A DNA stretch of 64,000 nucleotides, from assembly GCA_951406725.2 (NCBI GenBank), contig OX597839.1, forward strand, positions 39,184,001 through 39,248,000. The letters are read 5' to 3'. Below the pieces are notes generated by a model. It ran no database searches. It saw only the letters and a program-made list of their open reading frames with translations, and was not told the origin of the DNA. The DNA comes from Octopus vulgaris. Its lineage: Eukaryota. Both the position numbers and the translations under genes were made by a program. Shown in pieces: positions 56,227 through 64,000 of this stretch (positions are counted from its first letter, which is position 1; each line of letters starts with the position of its first letter).

Positions 56227-56600
56227 TATAGGAGCACTCCGTCGGTTGCGACGATGAGGGTCCCAGCTGATACGATCAACGGAACAGCTTGCTCGTGATA
56301 TTAACGTGTAAGTGGCTGAGCATTCCACAGACACGTGTACCCTTAACGTAGTTCTCGAGGAGATTCAGCGTGACACACAGAATGTGACAAGGCTGGCCTT
56401 TTGAAATACAGGTACAACAGAAACAGGAAGTAAGAGTGAGAGAAAGTTGTGGTGAAAGAGTACAGCAGGGATCACCACCATCCCCTGCCGGAGCCTCGTG
56501 GAGCTTTAGGTGTTTTCGCTCAATAAACACTCACAATGCCCGGTCTGGGAATCGAAACCGCGAGTCCGTTGCCCTAACAACTGGGCCATTGCGCCTCCAC
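56227..56600 (-). mobile_element. SINE-C, tail type 1, between two older SINE-A copies (55998-56215 and 56616-56835)
   Basis: 15-bp TSD AGACAGATTATGATA at 56212-56226 and 56601-56615. Confidence 0.92.
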
Positions 56601-56993
56601 AGACAGATTATGATAGTCTGCAACGAGCTGGCAAAATCGAGCGGACAAAATGCTTAACGGCATTTCTTCCGGCTAATGTTCCGAGTTCAAACTCTGTCAG
56701 GGTAGACTTTGCTTCTCATCCGTTCGGGGGTTGAGCGCTGTGGTCAATAAAATGAGTATCAGTTGAGCACTGGGGTCGATGTAATCGATTATTCACTTTT
56801 CCTCAAACTTGCTGGCCTTGTGCCAAAATTAGAAAGGCTGTTATTATCTTTGAGTAAGACCTTCATGATTCCATGTATATACTTTGATGGCTGATCAATT
56901 AATTTTTACAAAAATATCATCTATGATTTCACCAAAAAAAATAAATAAATAAAGATATTCAGTTCCTGTTATCTTTAGAAAACTTCCTAAATA

Positions 56994-57249
56994 TTAAGTT
57001 GGCGTATAATTATTGCAGCTTTTTTTTCAATAAATTTTATTCAACAAAAACAAAAACAAAAACATTTAACAAAAACATCCTTAAATGATTATTCCGACCG
57101 GCTGCCAAGCAAATGGGAAGCAGTAATTGAAGTAGATGGTGAATATGCTCCAGAATAATCATTTAAAGATGCTTTTGTTAAATGCTGTTATTGCTTTTGA
57201 TGAATAAAATTTATTTAAAAAAAGCCGCGATGATTATGCACCAACCTAA
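56994..57249 (+). mobile_element. Internally deleted mariner (MITE) with about 100-bp inverted arms
   Basis: TA-TTAAGTTGGCGTATAA...TTATGCACCAACCTAA-TA. The spacer encodes DRLPSKWEAVIEVDGEY, resembling the mariner transposase C-terminus (L..RW..CI...G.Y). Confidence 0.85.
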
Positions 57250-57399
57250 TATTATTCATAATTATGTAGGTAAATACAAAGGGCCAGCTGTCACCCGTAA
57301 AACGGGTGTGGATTGGCAAGCAGAGAGAGAGAGAGGGGGGGGAAGAGAGCGAGTGTCAGACAGACAGGGGGAAGCTGCCCTAGCGCTATCTATTCCTCT

Positions 57400-57530
57400 A
57401 TCTCGGCTGGTACACATTTTTAGCTGAGTAGACTGGAGCAATATGAAATGAAGTGTCTTGGCTAGGATTTGAACTCACAGTTTTACGATCCTGAGCCGAA
57501 TACCCTAATTACCGAGCTGTGCATCTTCAT
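57400..57530 (-). mobile_element. Old SINE-D-like fragment
   Basis: AGCTGAGTAGACTGGAGCAATATGAAATGAAGTGTCTTG is complementary to the D core. Confidence 0.6.
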
Positions 57531-57546
57531 ATCCTGGTAATTATGA

Positions 57547-58196
57547 GAGTGATACCTCGCAGTATTAGTTTAATTCGTTTCATGACCTCGTTCGTTTGAC
57601 GATTTTATACGTTTTACAAATCAATTTTCCCCATTAAAATTAACTAAAATATAATTAATCCGTTCCAGCCCACCAAAACCACAAAAAATAATTTTTTATG
57701 AGTTTTGAAACAGAAAAGGTATAATAGTATGTTGTCAACTTAATGTGACAGTCCCATGAAAGAGAAGAAAGCTACTGTTATTTAGCCCTATGTGTTTCCT
57801 AGACGTGCTTCGGTCGTGCTATGTCCACTACACGCAGTGTTCGCTCATGTTTATTAATGATTTCTATCTTCCATCCTTTGCACTAACCTTCTTAGGACCT
57901 ATGGCTAACACAATTATTATAAAATAATTGCCAAAAAATGGACAAAACTATAAAAAAAAACTGGGGAAAACACAACAAGGATGCTGCCACAACGAGAGAA
58001 ATACGTTAACTGAGGGGGCGGAAACTGTACTTGTTGGGAGAACGTGTGCGAGCTCAGCGCCGACTAGCGGCCGCTTGTATGAAACTCGCTGGTACTGCGG
58101 ATTTCCGCTCGTATTTCAAGACAAAAATTCGCACGAGCCTCGGCTCCTACAACAAATTACCGTATAAGGGTGCACTCGTACTGCGAGATTCTACTG
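57547..58196. mobile_element. pogo/Tigger-like non-autonomous DNA transposon
   Basis: Imperfect TIRs (G)AGTGATACCTCGCAGTATTAGT and, reverse-complemented, CAGTAGAATCTCGCAGTACGAGT. Confidence 0.6.
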
Positions 58197-58347
58197 TTTA
58201 TCCTTTAGAGGCGGAAAACTTTAATGAACTCAAGAGTTCACGTCGTATGCTATTCGATAGACTTGTATTTTTGTCTGTTTTCAAATGCAGGTCACGAGTA
58301 ACTCTAAGTTATTTCTCTAAGCTTGTTTGTGTTTAATACATTGGTAC

Positions 58348-58580
58348 AGCGGCGAGCTGGCAGAAATCGTTAGCACGCCGGGCGAAAGGCGTAGCCGTAT
58401 TTCGTCTGTCGTTACGTTCTGAGTTCAATTTCTGCCGAGGTCGACTTTGTCTTTCATCCTTTCTGGGTCGATAAATGAAGTACCAGTTACGCACTGGGGG
58501 GGTCGATGTAATCGACTTAATCCCTTTGTCTGTCCTTGTTTGTCCCCTCTGTGTTTAGCCCCTTATGGGCAGTAAAGAAA
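58348..58580 (+). mobile_element. SINE-A, full length
   Basis: TSD AATACATTGGTAC at 58335-58347 and 58579-58591. Confidence 0.92.
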
Positions 58581-58704
58581 TACATTGGTACTCTTTGTAT
58601 TACGTAAAAACTCGATTAGCAGCAGAGGGAGTTCAATGTGGATACTAACAAGAGCCGCAACAAATGCAATAGTCATTTTGCGCATCTAGCGCTTCTGTTT
58701 CTAC

Positions 58705-58745
<41 letters not shown>

Positions 58746-58925
58746 CATTAGTCTCCAAATTCTCAAGATGGTCAGTGGCATGAAACTGAGTAAAAATTTC
58801 TGAAGTCTTTACAGTTTCAATAAACCCTTGCTTTTCTCTTACTCTGGAATTCTTTCCACCTTGTTTTGCACCTGTAGGCGTGTGTGTGTGTGCGTATACA
58901 TGAATATATACAGACACACACACAC

Positions 58926-58978
<53 letters not shown>

Positions 58979-59141
58979 GGGACAGACTGACAGACAGACA
59001 GAAACAAACACACAAAGTTAGAGAGAAAGAGAGAGAGTGTAACAGAGAGAGGGGAAAGAGAGATACAGTCAATCAGACAGACAGACAGATAGATGGCTGG
59101 ATAGATAAATAGATAGATAGACAGACAGACAGATAAATGGT

Positions 59142-59211
<70 letters not shown>

Positions 59212-59546
59212 CATATATACATACATACACACACACATACATACGTTTAAATCATACTTATATAATTATATATTCCGGAATAGCACTTGTTGGCAAATGA
59301 CTAATAACTAAGTAGTAGGCAAACATTTGTTACAAAGCTTATTGTTAGAATTTAAAGAAAAAGAACAAAAAAGGTTATAGAGTTATACCAGAATTCCCTA
59401 TCTGTCGGTCTGCATTATTCACAATGGGTATTTCATTCGGCAGCTAATCGAGCCGTTTACGTCAATAGCAGAAACTCTTGGAGAATGGAAAGGGCACGGA
59501 ATTGAGATTTTGTTTATTTTTTATTTTTCCTTCATATTATCATTAT

Positions 59547-59950
59547 TGGTAGAATCGTTAGCATGCCGGACGAAATGCTTTGCGGTATTTCGTCTGTCGT
59601 TACGTTCTGAGTTCAAATTCCGCCGAGGTCGACTTTGCCTTTCATCCTTTCGGGGTCGATAAATAAAGTACCAGTTTCTCACTGGGGTCGATGTAATCGA
59701 CTTAATCCCTTTGTCTGTCCTTGTTTGTCCCCTCTATGTTTAGCCCCTTGTGGGTAATAAAGAAATAGGTATTTCGTCTGTCGTTACGTTCTGAGTTCAA
59801 ATGCCGCCGAGGTCGACTTTGCCTTTCATCCTTTTTGGGGTCGATAAATAAAGTACCAGTTTCGCACTGGGGTCGATGTAATCGACTTAATCCCTTTGTC
59901 TGTCCTCGTTTGTCCCCTCTATGTTTAGCCCCTTGTGGGCAGCAAAGAAA
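59547..59950 (+). mobile_element. SINE-A head-to-tail dimer (184-bp period)
   Basis: Junction AAAGAAATAG|GTATTTCGTCTG at about 59768. Confidence 0.9.
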
Positions 59951-60369
59951 TATATAGAAGAAGACACTTGCTCAAGGTGCCACGCAGTGGGTCAGAACCC
60001 GGAAACACCGGGGTCGAAAAGCAAGTTTCTTACCACACCGCTACGCCTGCGCCTGTAGTAATTCAAATAAAACAACGTGACTCGATCTGAGACATGCTGA
60101 AACTAAAACCATTTACATCCTGAAAGAGTCATTTCAACCATTTACAATACACACTTGTGTTGTTTATACCGAAACTTGTTTTGTTTTCTTTGTATACAAT
60201 AAAAGTGTTAACTTGTCAGAGATGTTCGTTATGAACAGCTGACCCTGTCGACCTTCACTTTTGGTACAAAACAGAAGTGACGTAAAGAATGCAAGCAACG
60301 CAAGCTGCCGACAACTCGTGTTGTATCTTTTGGTAAACTCTTTCTTTAAACGTGATAACTACCTTCCAA

Positions 60370-60702
60370 TCGAAGGTTAGAGCGTCGAGCTTACGATCGT
60401 GAGGTTGTGAGCTCGAATCCCGGACCGGGCTGCGTGTTGTGTTCTTGAGCAAGGCACTTTATTTCACGTTGCTCCAGTTCACTCAGCTGTAGAAATGAGT
60501 TGCGATGTCACAGGTGACAAGCTGTATCGACCTTTGTCTTTCCCTTGGATAACACTGGTGGCGTGGAGAGGGAGGCTGGTATGCATGGGCGACTGCTGGC
60601 CTTCCATAAACAACCTTGCCCGGACTTGTGTCTAGGAGGGTAACTTTCTAGGTGCAATCCCATGGTCTGTGTCGTGACCGAAGGGGGTCTTTACCCTTAC
60701 CT
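60370..60702 (+). mobile_element. tRNA-derived SINE family D
   Basis: GGTTAGAGCG...GAGCTCGAATCCC B-box, core TTCTTGAGCAAGGCACTT...CCAGTTCACTCAGCTGTA, short (TTACC) tail. Confidence 0.8.
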
Positions 60703-60756
60703 TCCAGTCTTATTACCAATCCATCATCTCAGAAAAATTATTAAAGAATACCAAAG

Positions 60757-61410
60757 AGGTTATGGTGTTGCACTCATGATCGCCAGATCGTAGTTTCAAT
60801 TCCCCGGACCGGGTTGCGTGGTGTGTTCTTGAGCAAAACACTTCATTTGGAGTGGCTGTGTGGTAAGTAGCTTGCTAACCAACCACATGGTTCCGGGTTC
60901 AGTCCCACTGCGTGGCATCTTGGGCAAGTGTCTTCTGCTATAGCCCCGGGCCGACCAATGCCTTGTGAGTGGATTTGGTAGACGGAAACTGAAAGAAGCC
61001 TGTCGTATATATGTATATATATATGTATATGTGTGTGTATTTGTGTTTATCCCCCTAGCATTGCTTGACAACCGATGCTGGTGTGTTTACGTCCCCGTCA
61101 CTTAGCGGTTCGGCAAAAGAGACCGATAGAATAAGTACTGGGCTTACAAAGAATAAGTCCTGGGGTTGATTTGTTCGATTAAAGGCGGTGCTCCAGCATG
61201 GCCGCAGTCAAATGACTGAAACAAGTAAAAGAGTAAAGAGAGTATTTCAAGTTGCTCCAGTTCACTCAGCTGTAAATGAAAAGCTCTGAGACGGTGTGGC
61301 ATTCCGTCCAGAAGAAGAATTGTGATCTCGGCCACTTACGAGCCATGGAAATCGGGTAACCGGCGCTGTGAGTCCTAGGACTCGAGACAATGTCCAGAGG
61401 TTGATGATGA
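60757..61410 (+). mobile_element. SINE-D-like copy with a different tail, interrupted by a SINE-B (60849-61242)
   Basis: The D core is split at ACACTTCATTT | ATTTCAAGTTGCTCCAG, with an ATTT micro-duplication. Confidence 0.82.
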
Positions 61411-62371
61411 AGACAACCACCAAATTATAAAAGACTCTAAAAAAAAAAGATAAATCTCTTTCCTGAGTCATATAGATTACCGATTTTTGTGGCGTATATA
61501 TATTCCTCCCGTCCCTGGATGTATATTTTTCAATGAAATTTGCCAGGAATATATTTTATAGGTTGTAGATAGCAACTATATGGAGAGAAAAATATTGGTT
61601 TCAATTTGTGGTACAAGGCCAGCAATTTCGAGTCAGGGGAAATACATTGACCCCAGTGCTCAACTGACCCTTGTTTTACTGACCTGGATAGAATGAAAGG
61701 CAAAATCGACCAAGGCAGAATTTGAACTCAGAATGTAAAGACATATATAAAATGAAGATCACACCCTCCCCCACCAACACCACAATTGGACTTTGTTTAC
61801 TGAGTACTTTTCAGTGAAATCTTCCAGGGATATGCTTTTCAAGGTTGCAGATTATCTTGATACAATTTGGAAAGAAAAGCAAAAGAATTCCTTTTCATGG
61901 AATTGTTTTGAGTATTCCCGATTGTATAGAAAATTTCGCAATGAGTGTCTCAAGCCGAAAAAGTTTCTTTCCTTCTCTAACAAGCTTATTAAAACACGAA
62001 TAAGATTATTTAAAAAAAAAAACAAAATCAAAAAACAATTATCTTCTTGCAGCAGTGTGAGTATATATATTACCCGAATTATATAGTATTACGTATTCAT
62101 CACAGCTGGTCTTATCAATTGTTTTCACGCAAAAAAATACAATTGAGTGTTAGGCAATAAAACAATTATATAAATACGCTCATCAGAAGCAGCCGACAAT
62201 GAATGGGAATATGGCGATTGCTCTCCGCATCAGGAGATGAATTAGCACGACGGGTCGGCGTCTGCTGTAAAAATGTGGTGAAATGAAAAAAGGACCAGGG
62301 GATTTGCTTGGAGTTAATTGGAGCCGGCAAAAGTCATCACTGGAGTTGGGGAAGTTTGTATAACAATTTAA

Positions 62372-62604
62372 TAAATAAAACATATGCATACATACATATA
62401 TGTACATACCTACATCTATATGTATATATACGTGCATATATGAGTACAGGACACCACAAATAAACGTAGAACACAACGAGAAACGAAAACATAAAATCAA
62501 ACAAGGAAACGGACTTTTTTTAACAACGGAAAAACAGAGTACAAGACAAACAATACAAGGAACATTCCCCTTCTTCAGCTGCCCCTGTTTGGACTCAATG
62601 CGTG

Positions 62605-62605
<1 letters not shown>
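62372..62605 (-). mobile_element. Possible Penelope-like terminal remnant
   Basis: Minus strand GCAGCTGAAGAAGGGG followed by a T-rich tract, bounded by (TA)n; similar in layout to 37290-37500. Confidence 0.35.
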
Positions 62606-62648
<43 letters not shown>

Positions 62649-62654
62649 AAGAAA

Positions 62655-62820
62655 GAGAGATGCCGACGACCGCTCGATTCAAAGTCTCCCTTGACCACAA
62701 GTGGCCTGAACTCTTTACATGAACACCACCCTGTACATAACTCCATGTCCCCCTACATGGCCTTGCTTTTTGTTTTTTGAGCCAAAAAATTAACTAACTA
62801 ATTAACTAACTAACTAACTG
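62655..62820 (+). mobile_element. CR1-type LINE extreme 3' end with (TAAC)n tail
   Basis: MPTTARFKVSLDHKWPELFT* (FK..LD..W motif), short 3' UTR, tandem TAAC tail. Confidence 0.7.
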
Positions 62821-63239
62821 TTTCCATTGCTGTTTTCCGTTTTACATGTTGAAATGTTTAAAAGTTTTCTCTTCCCCGTCTTTGGTAAAATAGAAAAGAA
62901 GTAAAACTTACGGCTCGGCTTGGATGACTGACCAGGTCACTGACTCATTTCCGGGTCAGCGAGGCGTGATACCATTTCCGAGCCATTTATTTATCATATA
63001 AATAAATATGCAACAATTAATACGCAAAACAAAACTATACATTATAACCGCAATAAGTGTATATGTGTGTGTGTATATAACCGCAATAAGTGACAGAGAG
63101 AGAGAAAGTGTGTGTATATGTGTGTGTTTTAAACGTATGTAGTTACTCTACCATTATGGAAATTGTTTAAATTTCGTGGTCATAGTTCAAATCATTCGTC
63201 ACACGATGACAACTCCGTCATGCACACACACACAAGGAA

Positions 63240-63296
<57 letters not shown>

Positions 63297-63603
63297 ATGA
63301 GTAAGATACAGGAACACGCTCAAATCTAACCTGCATACGATGAAAAAAAAAAACTCCCCCAGAAAAAAGAAAAAAAAACTGCACTGAATCAATCGTAATG
63401 AATGTGGGTTAACTTGCTATATATATCATATGGAAATATGACTTAAGCAGTCTGGATCAGTGCCGTCTGAAGTCATGGGTTCACTGGGCATGTTTGTCCA
63501 CAGGCCTCACAAGTGCACGACCCAATTAATGATCTATGTTTGCTACGACTTGAACACACACTTATAGGGCCCACTGGATTGATTTGTCCCGATAGGCGCC
63601 TCA

Positions 63604-63941
63604 AATGACTTTAGGAAACATTTTTTCACGCTGAGAGTTGCTGAAGCATGGAACAAACTGTCGGCGTCAGTTGTTAGTTGTCGGAGCACTGCATCCTTCA
63701 AAACTTCCATGCTTCTTGAGATTCGCCAACACTACATCTGATTTTCTCAAAACTTCCATGCTTTCTGAGATTCGCCAACACTACACCTGATTTTCTCCCC
63801 TCCATACACACACAAGCATGTATCTGACTCATACACTGTTCACTTCCCAGACATTTGTACATTACTGCATATACTTTATACGCACTTTCTGACAAGTTGC
63901 AGTGCACCTGAGCACTGTATACAATAATTTCATTATTATTA
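63604..63941 (+). mobile_element. CR1-type LINE 3' end with (ATT)n tail and internal 49-bp tandem duplication
   Basis: DFRKHFFTLRVAEAWNKLSASVV...SFK matches R..FF..RV...WN.LP..VV....FK. Duplicated units at 63698-63746 and 63747-63795. Confidence 0.85.
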
Positions 63942-64000
63942 AATGTTGCTGAGATGGCCCTAATCTGAATCGTCTGAAAGAACTTAGAGCAAAAACAAAG

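Overview
This is eukaryotic, gene-poor, repeat-saturated DNA, intergenic or within a very large intron. The dense (TA)n, (CA)n, (TATG)n, (GATA)n and (ATT)n microsatellites and the tRNA-derived SINE families point to a coleoid cephalopod, most likely Octopus; this is inferred from recalled repeat sequences, not from a search. I find no convincing host protein-coding gene, and almost every listed ORF is a translation of a microsatellite or SINE. The window holds more than 40 copies of four tRNA-derived SINE families (labelled A-D here), many with clear target-site duplications. It also holds decayed LINE fragments (L1/Tx1, RTE, R4/Dong, CR1), Penelope-like remnants (a GIY-YIG fragment and hammerhead-ribozyme-like motifs), two non-autonomous Helitrons sharing a 3' end, a Helentron-type element, and hAT, mariner and pogo MITEs. 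The most unusual signal is a set of head-to-tail SINE-A concatemers with the same junction at three separate loci, one bracketed by a single TSD. Other signals of note are SINE tail swapping, minimal hammerhead variants, a possible intron in front of an RTE ORF, a perfect fold-back palindrome at a (TA)n tract and a compact ETS/AP-1 motif cluster. Coordinates were read by eye and may be off by a few bases.
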